From positions 988,291 to 1,052,290 of the forward strand of contig OZ246404.1 in assembly GCA_965230955.1 (NCBI GenBank): a stretch of 64,000 bases of DNA. Direction: 5' to 3'. Shown here in pieces: positions 54,273 through 63,741 of the stretch; the first letter of the stretch is position 1, and every line of letters starts with the position of its first letter. The position numbers and the translations under genes are program-made. The stretch is from an uncultured Candidatus Saccharibacteria bacterium (GTDB taxonomy: Bacteria > Patescibacteriota > CALEFQ01). The notes under the pieces were generated by a model that had not been told where the DNA came from, did not search any database, and worked only from the letters and a program-made list of their open reading frames with translations.

Positions 54273-56306
54273 ATGCCCATAAGCAATCGAGCCTTATCGA
54301 TCGCGGGAATCGTATGTTTTTTGATATTTTTTTTCCTCTTTCCCTTAGTACGAGCCGACGAGGAGCCGGTTACCCAGCCCCATGTTGTCCGAGTGGGTAT
54401 TTATGACAATAAACCTAAAATCTATCGCGATGATGACGGTCAAGTAAAAGGATTTTTCGCCGACATCTTGAATTATACCGCCGCCCAAGAAGGTTGGAAA
54501 ATAGACTATATCGACGGCACTTGGGATGAAGGCTTGGAGCGTCTGAAAAATAATGAAATCGATATCATGGTCGATGTCGCCTTGTCGGAAGAACGACAGC
54601 AAGTCTATGATTTTAACAATGAAACAGCTCTCTTTGCTTGGGGAGTCATCTATACCCGCCCGGGAGTGAAAATCGAAAAAATCAACGACCTGGAAGGAAA
54701 AAACATTGCTGTGATGAAAAGCGGCATTCTTTTTACCGGACCCTGGGGTATCGAAAATCTTTTGAATTCTTTTCAGATCAAATCCAATTACACGGATGTC
54801 AAAGTCTATGGTGATGTTTTTAAATTATTAGACCAAGGCGAGGCGGATGCGGGAGTAGTCAATACCTTTTACGGATTCGCCAATCAAAAAGATTATAAAG
54901 TAGTTCGAACCAATATCGTCTTTAATCCCAGCGAACTGCGCTTCGCCTTAACTAAAAACGCCCCGGCTAACCCGTACTTGATAGAAAAATTGGATGCTAA
55001 TCTTCAAAAGCAGAAAGCGGACAACAACAGCGCCTACCAAAAGAATATGCAAGCTTTCCTGACTGAAATGGAAGCATCGCAAGAAGTGGAAGTCTTTCCG
55101 GTCTGGGCTCAAATGACGCTAATCATCAGCGGAATCGGTATCGCGGCATTGCTGGTGATTTATTTTATCGCATTGCGCTATCGAGTAAAACTGGAAAAAA
55201 CAGTCCGAGCCAGAACGGCGGAATTGAAAAGATCGGAAGAAAAATATCGCACGACAATCGAGCGCGCCAATGACGGCGTGGCTATTATCCAAGATCAAAT
55301 AATAAAATACGGCAACGCGGCTCTGGCCAGTATCAGAGGCGAACCGCTGGAAAAAATCATCGGGCAAAACTTCACAAAATTTGTGGATAAAGAATCCTTG
55401 CCGAAAGTGGTTGATTTCTATAAACGACGCCTGCGCAATGAAAAAATACCGACTGAGTATGAAACGGTTTTAAGAAACGTGGCCGGCGACAAAATCTATG
55501 TCGAAGTGAATACCGGCCTGGCCGATTATGAGGGCCGGCTGGCTGATGTCGTTATGGTCCACGATATCACCGAGCGTAAAAAATCAGAGGCCAAAGTCAA
55601 AGAACTTAACGAGCTCCGCAAAAAATTCGTCCAAATCGTTTCGCATCAGCTTCGAACCCCCCTAACCTCCATTCGTTGGAATACCGAAGCCTTGCTCAGC
55701 GGCGATATGGGAAAAATGGAGCCGGCCCAGGAACAAATATTGCGCTCGACCAACCGCGCCGAAGCGACTGTTATAAATCGCCTGGGAGATCTCCTGACGG
55801 TGATGGAAATCGAAGAAGGCCGGGAGAATCTGTCCAAAGAAACGGCCTCGATTGAAAGCCTGTGGGGTTCGGTGATCAAAGACGTGAAAAAGAAATGCCA
55901 GGCCAAAAACCTTCGGTTTATCTATCATTCACCGGATAAATTATTACCCAAAGTATCAATCGACTTGGAAAAAATGAGAGTGGTTTTCTGGCAGTTGATG
56001 AGTAATGCCCTGGATTATACTCGGCCGGGAGGAAAAATAGAGACAAGATTTATCAACCGGCGCGGCCGAATACGCTTTGAAGTCTCGGATAACGGTATCG
56101 GTATTCCGGAAGTGGAACAACCGCGAATTTTTGAGAAATTTTTCCGAGCCAGCAACGCAGCCGCGATGGAGACAGATCGTTCGGGCATCGGATTGTCAAT
56201 TGCAAAATTCTACATCGAAGAACACGGCGGAAAAATTGGCTTCTCGAGCGAAGAAAGCAAAGGCAGTACTTTTTGGTTTGAAATTCCCGCAAGTTCCGGA
56301 GATTAA
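54273..56306 (+). CDS. sensor histidine kinase with periplasmic solute-binding (SBP_bac_3-like) domain and PAS domain
   Basis: Signal peptide/TM; family-3 SBP-like domain; TM; PAS; H-box KFVQIVSHQLRTPLTSIRW; HATPase_c (DNGIGI, GIGLSIAKFYIEEHGG). Confidence 0.8.
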   Translation: MPISNRALSIAGIVCFLIFFFLFPLVRADEEPVTQPHVVRVGIYDNKPKIYRDDDGQVKGFFADILNYTAAQEGWKIDYIDGTWDEGLERLKNNEIDIMVDVALSEERQQVYDFNNETALFAWGVIYTRPGVKIEKINDLEGKNIAVMKSGILFTGPWGIENLLNSFQIKSNYTDVKVYGDVFKLLDQGEADAGVVNTFYGFANQKDYKVVRTNIVFNPSELRFALTKNAPANPYLIEKLDANLQKQKADNNSAYQKNMQAFLTEMEASQEVEVFPVWAQMTLIISGIGIAALLVIYFIALRYRVKLEKTVRARTAELKRSEEKYRTTIERANDGVAIIQDQIIKYGNAALASIRGEPLEKIIGQNFTKFVDKESLPKVVDFYKRRLRNEKIPTEYETVLRNVAGDKIYVEVNTGLADYEGRLADVVMVHDITERKKSEAKVKELNELRKKFVQIVSHQLRTPLTSIRWNTEALLSGDMGKMEPAQEQILRSTNRAEATVINRLGDLLTVMEIEEGRENLSKETASIESLWGSVIKDVKKKCQAKNLRFIYHSPDKLLPKVSIDLEKMRVVFWQLMSNALDYTRPGGKIETRFINRRGRIRFEVSDNGIGIPEVEQPRIFEKFFRASNAAAMETDRSGIGLSIAKFYIEEHGGKIGFSSEESKGSTFWFEIPASSGD

Positions 56307-56388
56307 AATTTATTTTTTGCCCAAACGCCGGCGATGCTTACCGGCGTTTTTTTGCCCAAAAGCCCGAAAATTATGGTAAAATAAAGAT

Positions 56389-59325
56389 ATGATTCAAATT
56401 TTAGAATTATTGCTATTTATCGGCCTTTTTTATTTTTACGGCTCGGTTCCCTTTGCCTTGATTTTTACATATTTCACCAGACGAAGAGATCTCAGGGAAT
56501 TCGGGACAGGAAATATCGGCGTGGCGAACGCCTTCGCGGCCGGCGGAATGATCGCCGGAATCGGCGCCGTGATAGGCGAAATTTCCAAAGCGGCTCTGCC
56601 AATCGCCGCCAGTTATCTGTTTTTTCAGGATAATCCCTGGGTAACAGTAATCCTGGTTTTGGCCGCTATCTTTGGCACCACCTTTTCCCTTTTCCTAAAA
56701 GGAAAAGGTGGACTCGGCAACACCATTTTCATGTGGTGTATTTTAATTTTGGTGCCGATTCCGGCGATTTTGGCCGGCACCTTGAGTTTTTTGGTTTCTA
56801 TTTTGATTCGGAAAAGTTATCCGGCCACTATTTTTACCAGGATGGTCATACTGCCGACGGCGTTATATTTTTTGACTTTTGACTGGCCCGTGACCGGACT
56901 CGCTCTCGCTTCCGGACTTGTTTTCACCCTGCGCTACAAAAAGGAAAAAGACGATTTTACCGCCCAGAATATGGGAAAAAAGATAAAGGCCTTCTTTTCC
57001 CGGAATAAATACCTGCTCCCGCTTCAAAAAGTCAGAAATTCTAATCTGTTGGGCGGTAAAGCCGGCAACCTGCGGTGGCTCAGCAAGTTCGGCTGGCGCA
57101 TACCGACCACTTACATCGTGCCGGCCCAAGTCCTGGCCAACGCCCTGGCCGATGAAAAAATTTCCGTCGCGCTAAAAGAAGAAATCATCAAAACGCTTGC
57201 CAATGGAAAAAAATACGCTGTGCGCTCTTCCGCCAATGTCGAAGATTTTTCGGAGCATTCTTTCGCCGGACAATTTCAAACCGATTTGAACGTGAAAAAG
57301 GAAAACATCTACTCCAGCCTGCTGGCGGTCCGGCAATCCGCCCGGCAAGAAAACGTCAAAATGTACCAGCAACAAGTTGCGCGGGAAACACCGGAAATAA
57401 AAATGAACGTCATCATCCAAGAAATGATCACGCCGATTTATTCGGGAGTGATTTTCACTCGGAGCCCCATAACCGGCCTGGATGAAGTATTGATTGAAAC
57501 CGTCCCGGGAACAGCCGCCAAGCTGGTGCAGGGACAAGCCACGCCCCAGAGCTGGATATATAAATGGGGACAATTCACGGAAAAGCCGGCACATCCGGAA
57601 TTCGACAACCAGGAAAAAATCATCGCCCGTCTGGCGCAGGATTGTAAAGTGATTGAAAGACAATATCGCGCCCCGGTTGATATCGAATGGGCTTATGACG
57701 GTCGGGATCTATATTGGATTCAATTACGGCCGATCACCGCCATCAAAGGAATAAATATTTATTCCAATAAGATATCGCGGGAATTCTTGCCCGGTTTAAT
57801 CAAGCCCTTGGTCTGGTCAATCAATATTCCGTTGGTCAACGGCGGATGGAAAAATCTGTTTATGGAAATACTCGGCGCCGATGCCAAAAATATTGAAGTG
57901 GCGGATTTGGCCAAATCATTTTACCACCGGGCTTATTTCAATATGGGTATTGTCGGCGATCTGCTGGAACTTTTCGGCATGCGCCGCGAGACCCTCGAAT
58001 TGCTGCTGGGTTTGGAAAAAACCGGCCGCCAAAAACCGAAATTTATCCCGGGTTTTCGAATTGTCAGATATTTGCCGAGCGGCCTGCGGTTTTTCATATC
58101 TACTTTCAGCGGCTATCGCCGAAAAATCGATCGATTAATCCAGTTCGCTCAAAACAAATATACCGAATATCGATTTACCGCGCCGGGAAGATTATCGGAA
58201 ACCGAGATCGTGGCCAAGATAGAAGAGGCCCTGGCTCTCAATGAAAAACTGGTTTATTTCAATATTTTGACTCCCCTGCTCATGTCTTTTCGCATGAACA
58301 GTTTGCGAAATTATTTGGCCGACCAAAATGTTTCGGAAGACGATCTGGCCGATTATTTCCGGAAAGACCCGGATACCGATCCGGCATGGCATTTGGCGGT
58401 ATTGCACCAGGAATACCAAAGGTGGCGAAAAACCAATCCCCAAACCTCGCCCCCGATGCTGGAAGCTTTTTTAGCGAACTCGCCGGAACAAGCGACCTTT
58501 CGCCGGTTATTTGGAAACTTTATCGAAAAATTCGGACATATCGGCCAAAGTAATAATGATTTTTCTCTACCGACTTGGAAAGAAAATCCCGAAATTGTTT
58601 GGGATATGATCAGAAACTATCGCCCGCCGCGGGCGAAAAAAAATTCGGCGGAAAATAAAATCGAAAAAATTTCCGAGAAATATCTTTTTCGCAACGCGGA
58701 TCTGGGCCGAATCATGAAACAACGGGTAAGTTTTTACTACACCAAGTGTTATTTCCTTTTCCGCCCGTATTTTTTGGAACTGGGACGCTTACTCGGCGAA
58801 CGACAAGCCCTGGAGAAGCCCGATGATATTTTTTTCCTGACTTATCCGGAAATAAAAGAAATAGTCTCGGGCAGAAAAAGCGATCTGGCAAAAATCGCGA
58901 CCCGACGCAGTAACTATCAAACCGATTCCGAAATTACCGCCCAAATACCGGAAACTATTTTCGGCGATAACCCGCCGGTTTTGACCAAACCAGTCAGTCA
59001 AAAGACTTATTCCGGCTTACCGGCTTCCAAAGGATACTATGAGGGGCGGATCAGAAAAGTCGCTTCTTGGGCTGATCAAAAGAAAATCCAGCCCGGTGAA
59101 GTTGTCGTTCTGGGTCACACCGACGTCGGCCTGAACATGATCTGCACTCGAGGCAAAGCCTTGGTCACTTCCAGCGGCGGCATCCTTTCTCACTGCGCGA
59201 TCATCGCCCGAGAGTATCGCATCCCGGCGGTGGTCTCCGTCAAAGAGGCCGATCAGCTCGCCGATGGTCAAATGGTGGCCGTTGACGGAAATTTGGGGAA
59301 AATAGAAGTATTGACCCAAAAGTAA
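56389..59325 (+). CDS. fusion protein: PlsY-like acyl-phosphate:glycerol-3-phosphate acyltransferase membrane domain plus PEP-synthase-like dikinase module (PPDK_N ATP-grasp plus phosphohistidine swivel domain)
   Basis: N-terminal ~200 aa with PlsY motifs (RRRDLREFGTGNIGVANAF resembling GSGNPGATNV; FLKGKGGLGNT); middle LLGGKAGNLRWLSKFGWRIPTTYIV resembles the PPDK_N start; C-terminal GGILSHCAIIAREYRIPAVV is a PEP-utilising mobile domain with catalytic His; no TIM-barrel PEP-binding domain. Confidence 0.6.
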   Translation: MIQILELLLFIGLFYFYGSVPFALIFTYFTRRRDLREFGTGNIGVANAFAAGGMIAGIGAVIGEISKAALPIAASYLFFQDNPWVTVILVLAAIFGTTFSLFLKGKGGLGNTIFMWCILILVPIPAILAGTLSFLVSILIRKSYPATIFTRMVILPTALYFLTFDWPVTGLALASGLVFTLRYKKEKDDFTAQNMGKKIKAFFSRNKYLLPLQKVRNSNLLGGKAGNLRWLSKFGWRIPTTYIVPAQVLANALADEKISVALKEEIIKTLANGKKYAVRSSANVEDFSEHSFAGQFQTDLNVKKENIYSSLLAVRQSARQENVKMYQQQVARETPEIKMNVIIQEMITPIYSGVIFTRSPITGLDEVLIETVPGTAAKLVQGQATPQSWIYKWGQFTEKPAHPEFDNQEKIIARLAQDCKVIERQYRAPVDIEWAYDGRDLYWIQLRPITAIKGINIYSNKISREFLPGLIKPLVWSINIPLVNGGWKNLFMEILGADAKNIEVADLAKSFYHRAYFNMGIVGDLLELFGMRRETLELLLGLEKTGRQKPKFIPGFRIVRYLPSGLRFFISTFSGYRRKIDRLIQFAQNKYTEYRFTAPGRLSETEIVAKIEEALALNEKLVYFNILTPLLMSFRMNSLRNYLADQNVSEDDLADYFRKDPDTDPAWHLAVLHQEYQRWRKTNPQTSPPMLEAFLANSPEQATFRRLFGNFIEKFGHIGQSNNDFSLPTWKENPEIVWDMIRNYRPPRAKKNSAENKIEKISEKYLFRNADLGRIMKQRVSFYYTKCYFLFRPYFLELGRLLGERQALEKPDDIFFLTYPEIKEIVSGRKSDLAKIATRRSNYQTDSEITAQIPETIFGDNPPVLTKPVSQKTYSGLPASKGYYEGRIRKVASWADQKKIQPGEVVVLGHTDVGLNMICTRGKALVTSSGGILSHCAIIAREYRIPAVVSVKEADQLADGQMVAVDGNLGKIEVLTQK

Positions 59326-59335
59326 TATTGGCCAA

Positions 59336-59380
59336 AGAAAAACCGCCCGCCCGCCGAATCGGCGGGTGGGCGGTTTTTTT
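59336..59380. terminator. bidirectional intrinsic terminator (CCGCCGAATCGGCGG family)
   Basis: AAAAACCGCCCGCCCGCCGAATCGGCGGGTGGGCGGTTTTTTT between convergent genes. Confidence 0.7.
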
Positions 59381-59389
59381 GACAATAAA

Positions 59390-60619
59390 TTATTCGGCCG
59401 AGGGAGACGCTTCGATCCGTTCTTTTATGGCCCGAATGACAATCGGATCATCCCCCCAGGCACCGAGATTGATAACCTCCACGCCGGCAGGAATGTTCGC
59501 TTCATGAACCAAGGTGGGTATATCGTACTGGCTGTGCATGGAATCGGCGCTGATCGCCGAGGCAAAGAAGAAGATTTTTTTCACTCCCTGGTTGATTAAT
59601 TGCTCAACTTTTTCTTTAGGTTTCGGCTCTTTGAAATCCATCCAAGCCTGGCTCAGATTTTCCGGCAAATACCCATCCGCTTCAAAGAGCTTAATAATCT
59701 CTTCGCGAAAACTGGTTTCCTGCTCGGTTTCCGTCGGCCATTCAACATCCCATTCGTCCGGTTGTCCGTGACCGACCAACAAGACCGCGATTTTATCCTT
59801 GGGCGTATCGCCTCGATTGGCATTTACCCGAGAAACAAACATACTGCGCAAAGTTTCCGAGTTCCAGAGCGGCTGAACATAGACTATTTCAACTTGATAT
59901 TTATCAAGCTCCAGCTCTTTTATCTGTTTGACTCCTTCGGCCGTGTGATTGGAATTGGTCAAGAATACTTCGCTCACGATAATCTTACTGGCCCCTTCAT
60001 TGAGAGCTTGAATAACCGCCGCGTCCGGCCGAGGCTCATCATCAAGAAAACTCAAATAAAATTTCGTCGTTTGATCACCGTCGGCTCGATAAGCTTCTTC
60101 CAGACTTTTAATCATATTTTTGTGACCCTGCCGGTGATTACTCTGCCCCACTTTTACATAATGGTCCCGCAACTGGTAGAAAAATATCGGCCGAACCAAG
60201 AATGGTATAAAAGATATTTTTTGCTCATCAAATTCATTGAATTGGTTTATCCAGCCGATCGGATTATAGTTTTCCGGCTCGCCGTGAGTAAAATAAACAA
60301 CCGCCGTATGCCCGTCACCGGGATCGCTGGGAGACCGGGTCAAAGTCGGGACGGCTCGATTATCAACGGTGTTCAAAATAATCTGCGTCATCGTAGCGTA
60401 CCCGCCGATGAAAAAGACCGCAACCAGAATAATAACCAAAGCCAGCCATTTACCCCGAAACCCGGTAACCACGAGAAAAACACAGGCCAGGGCGGAAATC
60501 AGAAAAAAAGACAGATAAACGGCCATTTGATTGATCGGGCAAGACATGTATCTGACCAGTAAATATCCGGCGACAAATGCCAGGGCGATGACTGACAGCC
60601 AAAGAATGATTTTTTTCAT
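59390..60619 (-). CDS. membrane-anchored class II chelatase-like protein (ferrochelatase/CbiX-like fold)
   Basis: Three N-terminal TM helices, then a two-lobed ~330-aa domain with VVYFTHGEP and LLVGHGQPDEWD resembling ferrochelatase N- and C-lobe motifs, including a conserved His. Confidence 0.45.
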   Translation of the reverse strand: MKKIILWLSVIALAFVAGYLLVRYMSCPINQMAVYLSFFLISALACVFLVVTGFRGKWLALVIILVAVFFIGGYATMTQIILNTVDNRAVPTLTRSPSDPGDGHTAVVYFTHGEPENYNPIGWINQFNEFDEQKISFIPFLVRPIFFYQLRDHYVKVGQSNHRQGHKNMIKSLEEAYRADGDQTTKFYLSFLDDEPRPDAAVIQALNEGASKIIVSEVFLTNSNHTAEGVKQIKELELDKYQVEIVYVQPLWNSETLRSMFVSRVNANRGDTPKDKIAVLLVGHGQPDEWDVEWPTETEQETSFREEIIKLFEADGYLPENLSQAWMDFKEPKPKEKVEQLINQGVKKIFFFASAISADSMHSQYDIPTLVHEANIPAGVEVINLGAWGDDPIVIRAIKERIEASPSAE

Positions 60620-60768
60620 TTGTTTTTGTTAATTTATATCTGTCTATTGTAGCAAATACAATCTTTTTTATCTAATTCGAACAAAAAAAGAAACCGACAA
60701 AAAATATTACTTGACCGGAACCGACCCCGCTTGTATGTTATGTTCATAGATAAGAACCGCTAAAATAT

Positions 60769-62109
60769 ATGAAATACCCTTACTACGCGCTAGATTTTGG
60801 CACGACCAACTCATCGATCGCCCTCTGCGAAAGCAAAACCAGGCATCGTCTCCTGGAAATCGACCCCGGAACCAAAATACCTCACACCGTGAGGTCTCTT
60901 TTTTGTATAGAAAAGAGCGGCGCCACGTCAATCGGTGAAGAGGCGATCAAGCGCTATACCCACGCCGTCGCCACTATCCCACTGGACGTTAAGCAAAAGA
61001 TGAAATTGGCGCTCAGTGTCGACGACGGCGGTTTTGTCAAAACGGCTAATTTCCGCGACGCCCTGGCCGAATACAAAGGCTTTGATGTGCCGGCGCGACT
61101 TTTCCAATCGCCCAAAATGCTGCTCCGCTACATCGGAGCGGCCACGGCGGTCTTCGGACAAAAATATACGGTGCAGGATGTGGCCTATGGTTTTTTAAAG
61201 GAAGTAAAAAATAAAGCCGATGCCATCGCGGGTAAAAAAATTGACCGACTGTTTTGTAGCCGACCGATTCGGTTTGCCGAGGAAGATTTCCAGGAAAAAT
61301 ACGCCACCAAAAACCTGGCCGATGTTCTGCGCCGGCTCGGTTTTAGCGAAGTCAAATATGCGTTCGAACCGGTCGCCGCGGCGGAAGGTTTTATTCGGGG
61401 ACTGACAAAAAGCGAGCGCATCCTGGTCTTCGACTGCGGAGGCGGCACGACCGATATCTCCGTCATCGAAGCCGGCGCCGGGCAAAAGAAAATTTTGGCT
61501 AATATCGGCGTGCCGAAGGCCGGAAATAATTTCAACGAAGATATTTTCTATAACCGATTTGCGCGAGAGCTCGGACAAGGCACCACCTACGGCCGTAAAG
61601 AGCTGCTTATTTCCGACTCTTTCTTCCAGTCGGTCAGTCACTGGCTGCCGCAGTTTGAGACCTCGCGTGAAAAAGTGCTGGAAATTCTTTATGATATTCT
61701 CAAAACCGCCCAATCTCCGGAAAAAATACAGAAGCTGATCATCACCATCGAAAAAAGTCTCAACTGGGAAATGTTTGAGGAAATCGAAACAAAAAAGAAA
61801 ATTTTGTCACGCATCGATGAAGTAACACTGGATTACAACAATTGGGGCGTAGATATCCATTCGTCTCTGACGCGCCCGGCCCTTGAAGCCTATATCCGCT
61901 CAACCGTCCGAGAACTCCTGGCCGGCATCGATACCGCCTTGCGTTCGGCCAAACTGAACGCCTCGGATATCGACCACGTGCTTCGCGTCGGCGGGTCCTC
62001 TCTCGTTCCTCTGGTTTCTCACTCGCTGGAAAAAAAATTCGGCAAAAATAAGATCGTCTCCCAAGCCATATTCACTGACGTCATTAACGGCTTGATGCTG
62101 CAAGATTGA
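60769..62109 (+). CDS. Hsp70-family ATPase, nucleotide-binding domain only (no substrate-binding domain)
   Basis: Hsp70 phosphate-1 motif YALDFGTTNSSIAL, connect-1/phosphate-2 LVFDCGGGTTDISVIEAG, adenosine motif LRVGGSSLVPLV; 446 aa total. Confidence 0.6.
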   Translation: MKYPYYALDFGTTNSSIALCESKTRHRLLEIDPGTKIPHTVRSLFCIEKSGATSIGEEAIKRYTHAVATIPLDVKQKMKLALSVDDGGFVKTANFRDALAEYKGFDVPARLFQSPKMLLRYIGAATAVFGQKYTVQDVAYGFLKEVKNKADAIAGKKIDRLFCSRPIRFAEEDFQEKYATKNLADVLRRLGFSEVKYAFEPVAAAEGFIRGLTKSERILVFDCGGGTTDISVIEAGAGQKKILANIGVPKAGNNFNEDIFYNRFARELGQGTTYGRKELLISDSFFQSVSHWLPQFETSREKVLEILYDILKTAQSPEKIQKLIITIEKSLNWEMFEEIETKKKILSRIDEVTLDYNNWGVDIHSSLTRPALEAYIRSTVRELLAGIDTALRSAKLNASDIDHVLRVGGSSLVPLVSHSLEKKFGKNKIVSQAIFTDVINGLMLQD

Positions 62110-62119
62110 TCTCGGGAAT

Positions 62120-62146
62120 AAAAAAACCCGCCGAATCGGCGGGACG
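62120..62146 (-). terminator. intrinsic terminator downstream of tRNA-Glu (CCGCCGAATCGGCGG family)
   Basis: CCCGCCGAATCGGCGGG preceded by AAAAAAA on the + strand, giving a U-run on the minus strand. Confidence 0.55.
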
Positions 62147-62264
62147 GTTGTCTATTTCCAATTTAGATTTGGAAATTTATTTGATATTTGAGCTTTAAAA
62201 TTTTTAGCTTTCCCCACACTCAAGACGATTTCGAATTATGAACACGGCTTGAGTGTGGGGGTCT

Positions 62265-62341
62265 GGTACCGCTACCGGGATTTGAACCCGGGTTTTCAGG
62301 ATGAAAACCTGATGTCCTGGACCAGGCTAGACGATAGCGGC
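62265..62341 (-). tRNA. tRNA-Glu (anticodon UUC), CCA-encoded
   Basis: rc GCCGCUAUCGUCUAGCCUGGUCCAGGACAUCAGGUUUUCAUCCUGAAAACCCGGGUUCAAAUCCCGGUAGCGGUACCA; cloverleaf folds; D-arm UCGUCUAG..AGGACA typical of tRNA-Glu; anticodon loop UUUUCAU. Confidence 0.85.
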
Positions 62342-62443
62342 AGGAAAATCATTGCCGATTGTAACATGGCCTCCGCCAGGAGTCAATTATCGACAAGTAT
62401 TCTGGAAATGCTATAATTAAATCAATAATCTTAACCTAGATTT

Positions 62444-62734
62444 ATGGACAATTCATCTCTCCAAAACAACCCCCGCTATGCCGACGCTAAAAAACGCGTC
62501 AATGAAATTAGGGAATTTTATCAACACCTCTGGACCTATATCGGGATCAATGTGGTGCTGTTTCTGATCAACCTAATCACCTCCCCTGGTGCCTGGTGGT
62601 TTTACTGGGTCACTGTTTTCTGGGGTATTGGCGTTATTATGCACGCTGTCACTACTTTCGGCACAAATCGCTTCATGAGCAAAGACTGGGAAGAACGAAA
62701 AATCAAAGAAATGCTCGATAAAGAAAAAAAGTAG
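62444..62734 (+). CDS. small 2TM-domain membrane protein
   Basis: 96 aa; two adjacent TM helices (WTYIGINVVLFLINLI / WWFYWVTVFWGIGVIMH) resembling the 2TM family. Confidence 0.45.
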   Translation: MDNSSLQNNPRYADAKKRVNEIREFYQHLWTYIGINVVLFLINLITSPGAWWFYWVTVFWGIGVIMHAVTTFGTNRFMSKDWEERKIKEMLDKEKK

Positions 62735-62743
62735 ATCAAATCC

Positions 62744-62775
62744 AATCCCCTGGCCTCCGGCCGGGGGATTTTGTT
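62744..62775 (+). terminator. intrinsic terminator
   Basis: AATCCCCTGGCCTCCGGCCGGGGGATTTTGTTT. Confidence 0.6.
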
Positions 62776-63010
62776 TAGGCACGAATTAATAATCATTCCA
62801 ACCATAAAATATTACTGTTTTTGATATATTCACCCGACAATCAGGCCAGTGCGACCCTACCATCACAGCCACAATAAAGGCTCTATTAAGCACCACCAAC
62901 CTTGAAGCGCAAATGTGTTAGTTTTTTTTGACAAAAACTGGTGTTTTTACTTGCATTAGTAATAATTTTTTGCTAATTTGGGCTAAAATTCACTAAATTT
63001 ATATCCTGCC

Positions 63011-63472
63011 ATGACTAATTTTATTACTAAAGATGGCTTCACCAAATTACAGGCCCAACTGGAATACTTAAAGAAAGTTAAGCGTTATGCCGTAGCCGAA
63101 GCGATCGAAGACGCCCGGGAAGTTTCCGGTGAGCTTAATGATAATCCCGAAATGGAAATAGCTCGGCGCGCCCAAGACGAAGTCGAGCAAGAAATTGCCG
63201 AGCTGGAATCATCCCTAGACAACGCTCAGGTAATCACCAAAGCCCCGGGATCAATGAAGGCGGTTCGGGTCGGCTCAGTCGTCAAGGTACGCTCCCCCGA
63301 TGGCGAATGGCAGTTTACCATTGTTGGCTCACGCGAAGCCGATCCAAAACTGGGCAGAATTTCTCATATTTCCCCCATCGGACAGGCTTTACTTAATCGC
63401 CAGATCGGAGAAAAAGTAAAAGTGAAATTGCCAGACGGCCAGGCCGAATACGAAATCTGCGCCGTCCAGTAA
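63011..63472 (+). CDS. greA: transcription elongation factor GreA
   Basis: N-terminal coiled coil (MTNFITKDGFTKLQAQLEYLK...) plus C-terminal FKBP-like domain (ISPIGQALLNRQIGEKVKVKLPDG). Confidence 0.85.
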   Translation: MTNFITKDGFTKLQAQLEYLKKVKRYAVAEAIEDAREVSGELNDNPEMEIARRAQDEVEQEIAELESSLDNAQVITKAPGSMKAVRVGSVVKVRSPDGEWQFTIVGSREADPKLGRISHISPIGQALLNRQIGEKVKVKLPDGQAEYEICAVQ

Positions 63473-63741
63473 ATATAAATCGAGCCGCGGCGGCTTCATG
63501 CCGCGCGGCGAGAACTAAGGAAAGGGGAGGCAGCCCCGCCTAGCGGGGCGTCGGAAGGGGAAAACCCTTCTGGGGTTTTCCCCTCCGAGTAATTTGAGTT
63601 TAGACGGATCTTCACAATCCGTTTTTAAACCCCGCCGTCCTCGGCCGTAAAACGCCGGGCGAGGCGGGGTTTTTGAGTTGATGATCTATATAAAAAGAGC
63701 TTGTGGAAACACAAGCTCTTGTCTTATTTCTTGATTTTCTT

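Noticed and set aside
62160-62264. Second tRNA adjacent to tRNA-Glu
   Set aside because: The 13-bp stem CCCCACACTCAAG/CTTGAGTGTGGGG with a 22-nt loop does not fold as a cloverleaf. It is interpreted as a post-tRNA hairpin.
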